A DNA stretch of 64,000 nucleotides, taken from NCBI GenBank assembly GCA_964016885.1, contig OZ024745.1, positions 107,198,001-107,262,000 of the forward strand, read 5' to 3'. This DNA is from Eledone cirrhosa. Taxonomy: Eukaryota. The notes below the pieces were generated by a model. That model searched no databases. It saw nothing but the letters and a program-made list of their open reading frames with translations, and had not been told where the DNA came from. Position 1 is the stretch's first letter. Every line of letters starts with the position of its first letter. Made by a program: the position numbers and the translations under genes. Of this stretch, positions 28,653 to 43,821 are shown one piece after another.

Positions 28653-28653
28653 C

Positions 28654-28706
<53 letters not shown>
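28192..28706. repeat. (TA)n/(TACA) microsatellite; similar large tracts at 27730-27992, 30398-30658, 38819-39066, 44970-45660, 48255-50110, 54428-54825
   Basis: Direct. Confidence 0.95.
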
Positions 28707-28707
<1 letters not shown>

Positions 28708-28993
28708 TAAGTTATGTCCATAAAATCATTTGATAAAATATATACACTATTTCCTCTCCCAATTAGCATAATTAACCACATACAAATCATTTAGACCAGG
28801 CTATAAGAATAAAGGCTCCTATGAAGAAATATTTGATAAATAAACGAAAGCAGCCTCTTCGCGGCCGAACGCTATAGAATATTTACCCAACATTTCAACA
28901 GCATGTAGAAATCGACTAAATATACCGTCAACCATACACAATTAGGTATAACTTTAAAGTTAGAAGAAATGCGTACACTCTTACCGTGATTAA

Positions 28994-29064
28994 GTCCCTA
29001 CCCTGGGTTTCGTTCGCGTTTTGAGATATCCTATAAATCTCGAATATCGAACTCATCAGGAGAC
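28994..29064 (-). ncRNA. Type I hammerhead ribozyme
   Basis: GTCTC-CTGATGA-GTTCG..(GAGAT/ATCTC)..CGAAC-GAAA-CCCAGGG-TA^GGGAC. Confidence 0.8.
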
Positions 29065-29161
29065 AAACTCATAGGACAGTTAATTTTCCAAAGCGATCCC
29101 CGCCAGAAATAGATTTAAAAATGGCTAAGAATCGTGACGTGGCATAGAGAGGGGGGCAGAT

Positions 29162-29211
<50 letters not shown>

Positions 29212-29249
29212 AAGTTTCGAAGTCAATTTTGCAGCATATGTACAAACTT

Positions 29250-29331
29250 TATTACAATTGTTTCGTTATCGATCAGCTCAAGGTACAATCAAGCTGAGGG
29301 GCTCAACTCTTTTTCAACATATCATCAGATA
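29250..29331 (-). ncRNA. Degenerate type I hammerhead with long stem II
   Basis: TAT-CTGATGA-tatGTT...(TCAGCTT/GAGCTGA)...AAC-GAAA-CAATTG-TA^ATA. Confidence 0.45.
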
Positions 29332-29560
29332 CGCGAGCTTATATGTGCAAGGACACATCGAAAATGTTGACAGAGGTTCCGACATCCGTTTATATACACT
29401 TATTGGTGGGGAGGGGTGGTGAAAAGAAGGTTTAGGTTTAAAGGATTGTGGATAAATGTGAAAGATAAAAATATAGAATTATAAAGTAGATTAATAATCT
29501 GTCTGCATGGTTTATAATTAATATAATGATCAAAATATTAGGTAGTAACATGTGCTTACG

Positions 29561-29693
29561 CCGTATTTGACTACGTAGTATCAGTCTGTTAGTTGAGATT
29601 TAAAAAAACCCCTCTGAATGGGAAAAAGGATAAGTATTGACGTACGTGGGACACGAACCCACATCTTTTGTTTGCCGGATCAATGTGTTACCA
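29561..29693 (-). repeat. tRNA-headed repeat, relative of 53184-53330
   Basis: GATGTGGGTTCGTGTCCCACGTACGTCAATACT..TAGTCAAATACGG shared. Confidence 0.65.
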
Positions 29694-30416
29694 AAATATT
29701 GATTAAAATGTTCCTAATTCATGTTGATAATAATATCAATCAGGATAATGTCATAGATTTTATATTCACTGCCTCTGCTCTCTCGATCTTCCCATCTCTC
29801 ACAATTATAAATAAATGTGGGCCGACGCGCTGGCCACCCCGCGGCTCCTGCGAACAGAATAAAGAAGGCGTTTCCCGGAAGATGGCGAGGGAGGCGCATT
29901 GGAAGAGCCACTCCGGCTCGCGAGGCTTGCATCTGCGGTTAGCCAACTCTGTGTCGATGGTGGTGAATAAGGAAGTGGTCCTAAGGCCAAGGACACCCGA
30001 CCGCAAACCTGTCGGAGGACGAGCGATTTTTGGAGGATCTACCCTCCTCGACGCGAAGTGCAGCAGAGCCTGGATTAGTTGCAAACCTCATACCAGGATC
30101 GAGTGCTTCGGAAAGCGCGACGACTGTAACTGATTTTACACATTTAACTAACATACAAACACGTACATAGACACACACATATATACATAACGTTTTCTTT
30201 TATCATGATGTGGCAGGAGGGGTGCACCAATAAAGAATATCCTGATGATTTCAAACAAATGAAATAGTTCTAGGCTAGTAGAAGTCATTTCCATATAAAA
30301 TAAATATTTACAATCTCTACTTTTGCCTTGAGTAACTTATTTAACTGCGTTTCTACTTCTGATTTCCCTTTCTCTTCGAAAAAGTAACATTCTTGATTAT
30401 ATATACATATATATAC

Positions 30417-30520
<104 letters not shown>

Positions 30521-30590
30521 GTATATATATATTATATATAATATATATATATATATATATTATATATAATATATATATATATATATATAA

Positions 30591-30660
<70 letters not shown>

Positions 30661-30735
30661 CTTTTTCTTTTCAATGGCTGACAATACCCTACCGGCGCCA
30701 CTCGAATAAGGTAGTTATTTAACCCAATAAACTCA

Positions 30736-31097
30736 CTCAGATGGTGGATGGGTGCTACACGAGAATGCTGAGGATGGCTCTGAACATTAATCAGTATACA
30801 CTGAGGATGAAAAACTCAGAGCTGTATGGGAACATCCCAAATGTCAGCTCAAAATGACACAGAGGAGACTGAGGTTGGCTGGACATGCTCACCGACATCC
30901 AGAGTTGACATTGCACTCAGTGCACCTTTGGGAGCCCCTACATGGACACACTAGAAGAGGAAGACCAAGGTTAACATATGTTGATGCCCTAAGGACAGAC
31001 AGTGGTCTGTTGGAAGTGCAGGATATGGCAGCGATAATGAGGGACAGAGACCGCTGGAGAGAACTCGTCCATGGATCTCGGGAATTTTACCCGCCTT

Positions 31098-31099
<2 letters not shown>
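30736..31099 (+). mobile_element. RTE 3' fragment
   Basis: Near-identical to the 3' end of 25307-27508; ends EFYPP* then (AT)n. Confidence 0.95.
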
Positions 31100-31152
<53 letters not shown>

Positions 31153-31206
31153 GAAACTGGCTTTCTTAACCAAAAACTGGATCACAATAAGCAACTTTTT
31201 GCTTCT

Positions 31207-31281
<75 letters not shown>

Positions 31282-31314
31282 AATAATGGAGCTGCGGCGT
31301 TGCAAATGGGTTAC

Positions 31315-31502
31315 ATATAAAAAAGGGGGGGAGTCCTTCATCAGTAACCCTCCAACCGTCCCAGGCATTTCATCGCTTTAAGGGCCATATACCTCAGGTT
31401 GGTGCGAACAACGGCCGTTGTTCGCACCAACCTGAGGTATATGGCCCTTAAAGCGATGAAATGCCTGGGACGGTTGGAGGGTCACTGATGAAGGACTCCT
31501 CC

Positions 31503-31514
<12 letters not shown>
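31315..31514. repeat. Spacerless ~200-bp palindrome
   Basis: Centre AACGG|CCGTT at 31414/31415. Confidence 0.9.
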
Positions 31515-31534
<20 letters not shown>

Positions 31535-32072
31535 GTGAATCTTTTAAAATTTATTTTGAAACTTTTTCTTATTTGCTAAACCTTGATTATATATGTTCTG
31601 GCTCGTTAATTTATTAACCTGCCATTGAACCACATTGGCATATGGTTGGACGATACATGTCTCCCTAGACGCTTTTTGCGTGTAGGGATATATACTTTAT
31701 TATTATTATGCTCCTCTTGGTCGAGATAAAATTTGGTCGTTCTGACTGCTACTATTTATAGTGGTAGTAGACTGACCTGCCTGCCTCTGCTTCTATCTTT
31801 ACACACGGCATTGGACAGAATTGCTTCCACATCATTCATTTTCATCTCGGGAACAATTTTGAATAGCGCCAGTTCGTAATTTGAACTCGGGAATTTTATA
31901 ATCTCCGAGTGAAAAGACCCTTCTGATGAGAGTTTATCTTTTCAATGGAAGGCCGCAAGGACTGTCCATTTATTTTTGAGACTCGAAACCGATTCGGTAA
32001 AGATAACCATAGTGAGTACAGTGAATCTTTTAAAATTTATTTTGAAACACTTTCTTATTTGCTAAACCTTGA

Positions 32073-32116
<44 letters not shown>

Positions 32117-32231
32117 GCATACAGACATATATATGTATATATATATATACACGCATACAGACATATATATGTATATATATATATACACGCATACAGACAT
32201 ATATATGTATATGTGTATATGTGTGTGTGTG

Positions 32232-32279
<48 letters not shown>

Positions 32280-32641
32280 GAGAGAGAAGATGGGCGTATA
32301 AGAAGCAATAAGAAGAATTTTGTCTGATAAAGTGACAGGACGATTTGGCAACAGTTCTGTGACCCTCCTCGACACTGTTTAGTTATTCTTTCATTTGCAG
32401 ACGACAGTCTTCTTTTTAAAAGACATGAAGGCCATAATATATGAGAAGATTTGTAAAAAGAAATGATTAAAAATAAGCAATTGAAGAACAATAAATAATA
32501 AAATAACGAACTCTTCAACCATCGAAATTAGCATATTCTTATTTAATTATTTGTTTATTTATATTTTGTACAGAGAGGTTGGAATGTCACTGTGTGTCAA
32601 CATCATAACAGTCGTTGATTATAAGGATGTTGCTCATATAT

Positions 32642-32830
32642 GGAGGTGGATTGGCAGTATCCGTAGAGGGTTTGACGCCATGCTTTGCAGCAAAGAGTTA
32701 CGGCCCTTTATTGTCTGAGTTCAAATCCCGCCAAGGTTAACTTTGCTTTTCATCCTTACGTAGTCGATAAAATAATGTACCAGTAATATACCGGGATAAT
32801 TGCTGGCCTTGTGCTTACAGTAGAAATTAT
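32642..32830 (+). mobile_element. SINE
   Basis: Matches in-window consensus. Confidence 0.9.
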
Positions 32831-33120
32831 ATTTAATCATTTCAAACAAATACAAGAAATGTTATGCTCGGTTAACGAGAATACCTCGTTCCATTTTCAA
32901 GTACCGCCTGGAATGTGATTTATAGTGCTGAACGAGGTTTAGGATATTTGATGGTGCTCCGCCTTGCCCAAGATGTCTCCCTTTGGGATATATGCATTAT
33001 GTATTTCATATTTTTTTTAAATACTGGTAGTGTCATGTGATCTGGATTTTTTTCTCTCGCTTTTGCAACACAGTTTTATAATGTCTCACATTCGTCGTGT
33101 TATAGCAAATATAGGGACGA

Positions 33121-33310
<190 letters not shown>

Positions 33311-34331
33311 TATCATCACCTTCATATTTCATATTTTGGGTACTGATCATAGTTTTGCTACTTAATAGAAGGTTTCACTGTATATCCAGATGGGTAACAT
33401 ATCGATGTCTTTAGATGAATGTAAATAAACTGCCCTTTCATTGAAATAAATGAAGTTGCATTTGAAGAAGAAAAAAGAAAGTGCATATTAGAATTTTGAG
33501 CTTCATCTCAACTCTTAACATTTATCGGGTAACTAACAATCTCCCTATGCACTTTCTCAAATGTCAAGATCCTCATAGATAGTTTGATGTATTCGCACAT
33601 GTTACTGACCATTTATCATTTGCTAAAGGACATAAAATTACTTAATTTAGATGTGGTAATCATCTGTGACATTATAGATACCGATGCGTGATTACTGGCA
33701 CAGCTTCTGCCTGACAATGATAATATACGCTCCTTGCACTCAGGCCGAGAAATGTAAGGTGTTGCGTAGAAAATACCTATATTTCAATGTAAGTGAACCT
33801 TTCAGGACTTGAATGCCACTTGGTAGTATTAGACTGACTGGCCGTTAATGTTGGCTATGCTCCTATAATGTCGGAACGGAAAAAAGTTGTCAGGTGCATG
33901 GAAGAGGTTTGAGTATATTCCCTCATTAGTATTAATGATCAATTGAAATTGTGTCTTAGACGTATGCCAATATATAATGGCACTAGAACATTCCAGAGCC
34001 TCTTACATTAAGCGGATGTGCTCCAAAGGGCTGGAAACGGTAGATATTGATGCCTATTTGGACGATCTACTGCAGATGACAAGAGAAAAGGTTGGAGTGG
34101 TCCAAGAATCTCTACGAGAGGTTATTCGCCGGAACGAAAGTTTTTCTTCCAATGTTTTAGTTTTAATTTTATTCAACTGTGTATTAATATTTTGCGCGGT
34201 GTGTTTTGGATAGATTAAGCTACTTTAGTTGCAATTTATTTTTGTTTCTAGTATGGTTTTAAAGGGAAAACTTATAATCATTACTAATTTTGTGTGCCTA
34301 TAGTAGAAATCATTATTATCATTATTATTAA

Positions 34332-35130
34332 AGGGTAGTCGATTGGCAGTATCAGTAGAGCGTCGGACAGCATGCTTCGTGGCATAGAGATACGGTCCTT
34401 TATGTTCAAATTACGAGGTTAGCTTTGCCTTTCATTCTTACGGGGTCGATAAAATAAAGTACCAGTCACACACTGGGGTCGATTTAATCGACTTCCCCCT
34501 CCTCCCCAAATTGCTAGCCTTGTGCATATATAAGAAAACATTACCATGCTTTGACGCATAGAGTTACGGCCCTTGCCATTCTGAGTTCAAATCCCGTCGA
34601 GGTTAACTTTGCCTTTCATCCTTACGGGGTCGATAAAATAAAGTACCAGTAATACACTGGGATAATTGCTGGCCTTGTGCCTATTGTAGAAACAATTATT
34701 ATTAAAGGGTAGTGGATTGGCAGTATTAGTAGAGCGTCGGACAGCATGTTTCGTGGCATAGAGAAACGGTCATTTATGTTCAAATTACGAGGTTAGTTTT
34801 GCCTTTCATTCTTACGTGGTCGATAAAATAAAGTACCAGTCACGCACTGGGGTCGATTTAATCGACTTCGCCCTCCCCCCAAATTGCTAGCCTTGTGCTT
34901 ATATAATAAACAATTATTATTAAAGCGTAGTGGAGTGGCAGTATCAGTAGAGCGTCGGACACCTTGCTTGCTGGCATAGAGTTATGGTCCTTTACGTTCT
35001 GAGTTCAAATCACGCCAGGGATAGCTTTGCCTTTCATCCTTACGGGGTTGATAAAATAAAGCACCAGTAATGCACTGGGGTCTTCTGAAATTGTTGACAT
35101 TGCGCCTAAATCAGAAACCATTATTATTAT
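34332..35130 (+). mobile_element. Cluster of four head-to-tail SINEs (long, short, long, long-derived)
   Basis: Approximately 34332-34540, 34545-34702, 34706-34920, 34925-35130. Confidence 0.9.
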
Positions 35131-36438
35131 TGCGTATGTTTGCTATTGTTATTTCAAATGTTTGGTGTTGAAAGTTTGTTTTGAATAAATTTTTGTGACA
35201 TAGACAAGGCAGCGTCATTTGAATATACAACACACATCACTCTTTCTCCATCACACTTTCTCTTTTCTCTCTCGGTGTCAAAGGATGTTGCTTTCCCATT
35301 CAATAGTCCACCGCATTTCATTCTACCACACCCCGAACATACACACATACATACAAAATAGTGGTTTTGGGTTCCCCTCTATTAATAAATCTCACTTTCT
35401 CCTTATTTCACCCTGTTCCATACTCGCTCTCATTTACAGAACAGTTATCTGTCTCTTGCTGCCGACTACATAAACACACACTTCTTCATATGAATTTAGA
35501 AATCTGTCTCAGATATACATTAACCCTATTGACTTATGAATGTACACTCTTATACAGAAAATTATACAAATGCTTACACCCACTCTCTCATACACACACA
35601 AGTACTTCACGCAGGCACGTAAATCTACACAGCTATATACTTAAATCTTTGAGCACATTTAAAGATGGGTACGAAAGTACGCATAGATATGCGCAGACAG
35701 TCACACAGATATAGGCGCCCATATATATTACATATATGCATTAGCAGACACAGATACAAATACACATCAACAGGTTGAAATAAAAATACATATTTCCAAA
35801 CAGACACACAGTATATACATACTAACTCATATAAAAATTCCTTAATTTCATTACATAAAGCCATATATCTTGCAACAGAAAATTTAAATTAGCATACAAG
35901 ATGTTATTCCAATATATACAAAATAATTCGCACGTATATAGTAACAAAACATCACCATATACATATGTTAGCTTAGAGTTGTAAATCGAATCCGATGATG
36001 ACCATCTCGTTCAATTGTAAATACTTTACTGATTGTGCAAACCTATCCTTAATATACAGCCTCACTTGACCAGTGTGGCCCAGTATAACTTTGATTACTC
36101 GCGCTTTTTCCTCCCTGCTTCTAATAGCATTGGGTTCATCTCACTTCCATATCTTCAACACTTCTGTGTGGCCTTTGGTTGGCCTTTTGATAATGTTTTT
36201 GTTCCTCAAGTTTGGCATTGACAATGATATCTCTCGTTTTGTCTTCCTTATATATATATATTATAACTGAATATAAAAGAAAAACGAACACAGACATATA
36301 CATATATGTGTTCAAATTGTAAGGGACCAGATTCGCTAAGGTGAAAAGAATACTAACTATAGACAATAGGGTTTGCCAGACTCAATTTAAGAATAAATCA
36401 ACAAAGTAAATACAAACCGGAATTGTGGTAACTACCAA

Positions 36439-36518
36439 TCACTTGGACAGCTTTGATAATGGTGTTTCGCAAAATTAATTGTGAAGAGGAATGCCAATTC
36501 TTGCTCATCAGCAGGTGA
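36439..36518 (-). ncRNA. Type I hammerhead ribozyme, slightly degenerate
   Basis: TCACCTG-CTGATGA-GCAAGAATT..AATTTTGC-GAAA-CA..TG-TC^CAAGTGA. Confidence 0.6.
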
Positions 36519-36581
36519 AGAATTATTAGTATCCTGGTCACTTCTAAGTATATTAAAAAACTAAAAAGTATATAAAATAAC

Positions 36582-36685
<104 letters not shown>

Positions 36686-37214
36686 GTTTTTTAATATACT
36701 TTAGTCTAGCAGTACCAGTGAGAGACTTGATAACTGTCATTAGGTTATAGTAACCAGAAATTGTTTTTTTACATTTAATTGTTTTTTAACACTCTCGATA
36801 TTTTCTATATATTTACCCCATATTGTTTTACTTATTTTTTCGACTTCCGCCCCCTCCCCCTCCCTAGTATCTTCTTTGACCTCCTGCCCAGCTGTAGTTG
36901 GCACTATCAACGCACAACTGGGTTTCCTCCACCCCTCTCCCTCTTTCTTCTACTGGCATTGCCATGATAGAATTATTATGTCTCAACAACAAACTTTTGA
37001 CCAATCCTTGTGACAATCACTTTTACCATATATGGAATTACCCCCTGAGAAGCTCGGCTATTCATATACCAGGATAAAAATGTTCATTTAGTCCAGAATT
37101 AGCCGTTGAAACGGCTTGAGCTTAGCCGTCGGGGTCCTACTCGTTCCTATTACCCACTCTACTACCCTAAGGGTTGAGTACTTTGGTGCGTTATGGTCCA
37201 CCACATTTCCTTCG

Positions 37215-37254
<40 letters not shown>

Positions 37255-37688
37255 GGCGAGAAGGGGTGATGAAGAGGCAAAGAAGAAATGACAGGCAGGA
37301 CGACATTATATAGTAGATATACAAATATCTGTTACTAAAACGTCTATTTCTTTAAGCATCTGACAATTTTAATTTTATAGAAACATGCAAGTATAGAAAA
37401 AGACAAACACACTTACAGAAAATTGAGTGTGTGTTTCACGTATATATTCCCAACAATTTTAATGCAAATCTTGAAATAACCATTACCAATTATCATGTAG
37501 AGGTTATTAGTACGTAATCTGATTTCAAAGTATAAATTTGTTGTCCATGCATTCAAACGTATCACATAAGTTATAAGATACTGTATCAATTATATTAAAT
37601 TGCATATCATTACCGAACACATTTATGTGTGTACACACAGATAGCGACATATAAGCATATATATATATATATATATATACGTGTATAT

Positions 37689-37788
<100 letters not shown>

Positions 37789-37847
37789 CATATATATATA
37801 TATATATATATGTACACACACACACACACACATACACACACACACAT

Positions 37848-37912
<65 letters not shown>

Positions 37913-38460
37913 AATGATTAAATGCAGAATATATACATGTATTTATAATTATATAAATGTGACTGATACATTCGGAACCGCGCGCGTTCCCAAGGTCAAA
38001 CACAGTAAAATGAAAAAAGAACGCTTCACGGAAGAAACACAGTACGACAAATGGTATAAGCGTAAAGCTTGAATGAAATAAATGCACCTCTCAGACGTTT
38101 TGGGTGTTTATGTCTCCATCAGAGAATATAGTATAAGGAACGATAATGAAATGTGAAGGAGGAGAGAAGACGTTAAAAGGAAAAAAATAAATTATTAATT
38201 TACAGGTTGAAAACGTTGTCTTCTGAGGTGTCATTAAGACTTCAAACGTGGACATGTCTATGTGTTAGTGAATATGCAGTGTCGAAGTGTATCAAATGCA
38301 TACACAGTGTAGTATCTTTGTCTTTTATCGGAAGCGTGTAGAAATGCTATATATATATGTATTTAATGTGAAGAAATATCAATGACGGTTGGAAGATCAC
38401 TGATGAAGGACTCATTTTATTCATATGTACCCCCATTTGCAACAACGCAGCACGCCATTT

Positions 38461-38512
<52 letters not shown>

Positions 38513-38540
38513 ATGATATTAACAAATGGCTGACCTCTTT

Positions 38541-39070
<530 letters not shown>

Positions 39071-39312
39071 GATTTTCTTGGCTCTCTGAAGCCCGTCTTG
39101 TGTTCTGGGCTGTGGAATATTTTATTATGAAAACAAAACAATTACATTTTCATAATCTGAATGCGGATGTGTTGAACACCAGTTCAAATGGGAAAGTGAG
39201 ATCAAAATGTGCTTCTTAGACTTCAATATTTTCTGTCGTGGTTATAACCAAATATTCTCTTACACACACAGATACATACACACAGATACACACACAGATA
39301 CACACAAAGAAT

Positions 39313-39454
39313 AGGAAGACCAAGGTTAACGTATGTTGATGCCCTAAGGACAGACACTGGTCTGTTGGAGATGCAGGACATGGCAGCGATAATGAGGGAC
39401 AGAGACCGCTGGAGAGAACTCGTCCACGGATCTCGGGAATTTTACCCGCCTTAG
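39313..39454 (+). mobile_element. RTE extreme 3' fragment
   Basis: Same 3' end as the other copies. Confidence 0.9.
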
Positions 39455-39512
<58 letters not shown>

Positions 39513-39672
39513 GTATGCACTTATATGCATGTGAGTGTGTCTGAGGAAACTTCTTGTAGCCTTATATAGATACACGTGTTAATATGTAATTATTGGTGCA
39601 AGATCTTAATATACTAAAGTCAATATGAACCTTGTCTAGATATTGATATCTATGAATGCATACATGCCCATC

Positions 39673-39774
<102 letters not shown>

Positions 39775-40086
39775 CAATATATTTAACGTATATTGTCTAT
39801 ACGATCTACGTATATATGCGCACATCACATATCTATATCTGTATAGTGTTGAACTGTAACGCACACAAATACTCTCTCATATATATATGTATATATATAT
39901 ATATAAATATAGGTTGTCTATGATTCAAGGTGGTTCTATGGTAATAATTTGATATACCAGAACTTAATATCAAGATAAGCAGAACAAGTAAAATTCAACC
40001 AATTTTTCAAAATAAATCAAAATTAATTTACAATTAAAATTAATCAAAATTAAAAAATATAATATAAATATTTACCTATTCAAGTG

Positions 40087-40167
40087 GCCCTCACTGTACA
40101 GTTTCACTTTGCAAAACATTAGATATCACATGGATATTAATGGAAAAACAAAGATCATCAGAGAAGC
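40087..40167 (-). ncRNA. Degenerate hammerhead (GUG site) between 62-bp inverted repeats 39967-40029 and 40241-40303
   Basis: TTCT-CTGATGA-tCTTTG...CAAAGt-GAAA-CTGTACAG-TG-AGGG. Confidence 0.5.
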
Positions 40168-40297
40168 ATTTTCCTTTCCTAGGGTTAAAAACCTCAGGAA
40201 CGATAAAATATATGACCTCACTCCTACTAATACAGGTCTGAAATTAATTTTGATTTATTTTGAAAAATTGGTTGAATTTTACTTGTTCTGCTTATCT

Positions 40298-40394
<97 letters not shown>

Positions 40395-40562
40395 AAAATA
40401 GGGAGTAAAAAACGATTATTAGGAAGAAAAATATATTTTTTTCCTTATTGTTCTTTTCTCTTTAATATATATATATTTTCCAACTCGTGTGCTGCTTCTC
40501 CACATTTTATTATATATATATATATATATATATAAATTATTGCAAAATTCCCTATATATACA

Positions 40563-40607
<45 letters not shown>

Positions 40608-40704
40608 TCTTTCGTGGATTTATGTGTTTATGCATTTTGCAATTAATATACCAAGAAATGAATTTCGCATGTATATAGAAACACACACACGCACACACAC
40701 ACAC

Positions 40705-40780
<76 letters not shown>

Positions 40781-40871
40781 TTCTGTTCGTTGTCTTGTCT
40801 TCTCTTTGTTAATTTTCGTTAGTTCATATATTTATATATGTGGGTATATGTGTGTGTGTGTTTGTGTGTGA

Positions 40872-40956
<85 letters not shown>

Positions 40957-43625
40957 GAATCATCCACGCTAATAATATACAATTAATAAAATATGATATG
41001 ATATTACCAATAATATTCTTATTGGTAATATATACTTTTTCTTAATATCTTCGTGAACTGCTTTAACTTCCGCATCATTCGGAACACACCCCAATAAGAT
41101 CATTTCTTTGATGTGAATGATTTTATCGACGGATCGAATATCTCTATATATCTCTATCGTTATTTTAATAAACAAGCATTAGAGTTTGATGTTAATTGGA
41201 TAAAACTAATTTAAATAGTACGGTGTTCAAAAGCACAATACATGTTGATCTCACAACTGCGACAGTACTCAATATTAACTAAATTGGTGGTGATGTTGGC
41301 AGCAAGCTTCAGCATTCTGTACTCAGAAGAAGGGAGGTATGTGTAAAAACTAAACTCGCTATTTTCAATTTGGAATGCAGGATGACACTGTTAGAAATAA
41401 CAGCTACAGATAACCAAACCCCAATGATACATTTTGGTTTTTAATATGGATGGCTCTGTTTGGAAAATATAATAAATTGGACTGCCATAGTTAGGACACT
41501 AGGACAAATTTAGTAATAAAACTCCCCGATTAAAGCCATACAACCAACAAAATGGACGTGCACATTCTAAGCATCACGAAACTCCAAAAGGGTTCAGAAC
41601 GGCCCATCTGGAAGATGTACTTGAGAACTCTACCTCCCCACAACGCACTCAAAAAGAAGAAGAAGAAGAAGAAGAAGAAGAAGAAGAAGAAGAAGAAGAA
41701 GAAGAAGAAGAAGAAATTTCAATCAGTTATTCAATCTGGACCATCTCTTCAAAGTTTAGACAGTTCATATTGGACAAGGTTATCCAATGTTTTCAAAAAT
41801 CAGGCATCTATGACAGTGTTAAACAATGTGTATGATTTAAGGAAGATTTGGCTGCTATTTGTACCAAACCGAGGTCCTTTCTTTGATGCATTGACTTGTA
41901 TCGCGGTAAGTTTCACCAGTAAGCTAGCTCGTACTTAGAAAGGCTTATGATCCAAAGCATTCGTTCATGATCAATCTATCTTTAATTTTCAGACATATGT
42001 CTTTAAGATTACATTTTCTAATATGATGGGGCGTTTACGTAGTTCTTGGCATATTTATGTAACCACCCACTATCTGTTTTATCATACGAAATATATTGTT
42101 TCTCTCTCACTTAGTACAAAGTAAACATCCGGTGATTTGTGAATCGAGTCTGTGAACCAACATCTATTATTGTTTAAAACGTTTTCACAACTGTGTGGTC
42201 ATGCCAAAAGAAATGAACGGTAAAGTTGAAGCCAAAAAACTTAGAACCAAGAATTAAAAGTATGCAGCGTATTTTGTGATTAGAAATCTAGTTCTTGCTA
42301 TAGTTTAACCCCAACTCGTCACCGATCAAATTAGCATATGTTTCGGTCATAACTATTTTTCGGTGATAGCCATTTTACATTATCAAATATAAATATGGTA
42401 TAGATTTAGGGAGATTTCGTTGGTAGTTCTAACAAATCAAGCAGCCCTAAGAAAATCCGACATAGGTTCTGCAGAATTTATATTTACCTGAAGGCATTTT
42501 CAGTATTTCCATAAAATTTTGTTCCGTTAAATTTTTTTAAAACTTTCGCTTTACGATTCTTGTTATATTGCTATGTTCAGTTAACGTTTCATTTACTTGC
42601 AATGCTTTAGTAGATTTGTGTGTAGAATCCTCAACGTTTATATACGCTAGCTTTGCATTAAGGAATTGACAACTACGCATCATTTCACAGAAAGCATCGA
42701 TTAGAAATGAAACTTTGTATCGTTTTGAGATTGAGGAGTTTTATTTAAACATTTAGAAAATGATATTGCCAAGATATTAGTTGAACCATTAAACAGCTAG
42801 AAAGACAATAAAACCAGTGTTTATTCATATAAATATGCATGCGTGTTAAGGAGTGCTCAGGGAGTTAGTATGTGATCACTAGTTCCAATGAATATGCTGC
42901 GATAAATATTTGTAAATTACATATTTACACACAGTTTATGTATATTCACCCGCTTCCTTATACGCCAGCTTCTTCATTTCTTTTGTATAGACATACACAT
43001 TCATATTGAAATGCAGATATATACAGAAACATATAAAGATTAGGATATTCATTCTATAATGAAGGCTTTTTATTTACCTTACAAACTGAATATATCGTAA
43101 TTATTTACTGATACATTAACTAACACCACTTCAACTGAAGACACTTTGTCTGCCGGTCTTTTTTGTTTGGTCACTATTTTATTTTGTGACATTTCACCTT
43201 ATGAATCATACTTAATACAACGAGCCTGTAAAGATATAATGAAATACATCTTTTACTTAAATTGCCATTAGCTCATTGTATATATAATTAATTTATACAT
43301 TGCGAGTAAAGAAGTATGAAAAACTAGCCTTGTTTGTGTTTAACTTAATTCAGTCGAGGCAAAACCATTGCAAAAGGTTGACTTTATTATTTTATGTTTC
43401 ATTTCTTTTAGATTTTCGTTGGACACAGATGACATGTCATCTACGTTCAAGCTAGCGGAGTATTTTCGACTCGATTTCCATTGCAGACTTAGAATCGTTT
43501 ATTTCATTAAATTTTGCATTTTTACAAAAAGCATGAACCTCACAGCATGCACTTCACTAATCCAGGGAATATACCCCATGGAACATAACATGATAAAATT
43601 TCATTTGATTCCTCTATATACATGT

Positions 43626-43791
43626 GAGGGTCGGACACCATGCTTTGACGCATAGAGTTACGGCCCTTGCCATTCTGAGTTCAAATCCCGCCGAGGTTAA
43701 ATTTGCCTTTCATCCTTACGGGGTTGATAAAATAAAGAACTAGTAATGTACTGGGTAATTGCTGGCCTTGTGCCAATAGTAGAAACAATTA
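43626..43791 (+). mobile_element. SINE, 5'-truncated
   Basis: Matches in-window consensus. Confidence 0.9.
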
Positions 43792-43821
43792 TATACTTGT
43801 ATTCTTTTGTCAATACATTAA

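Noticed and set aside
30236-30275. CTGATGA...GAAA motif; similar lone cores at 9772, 12396, 19503, 31923, 37046, 38115
   Set aside because: Stems I-III weak or absent (9772 is cut by the gap); not called as ribozymes.
33400-34140. Possible ancient CR1-like LINE remnant (also an RTE-like remnant at 41230-41715)
   Set aside because: Only faint motif traces; too degraded to support by eye.
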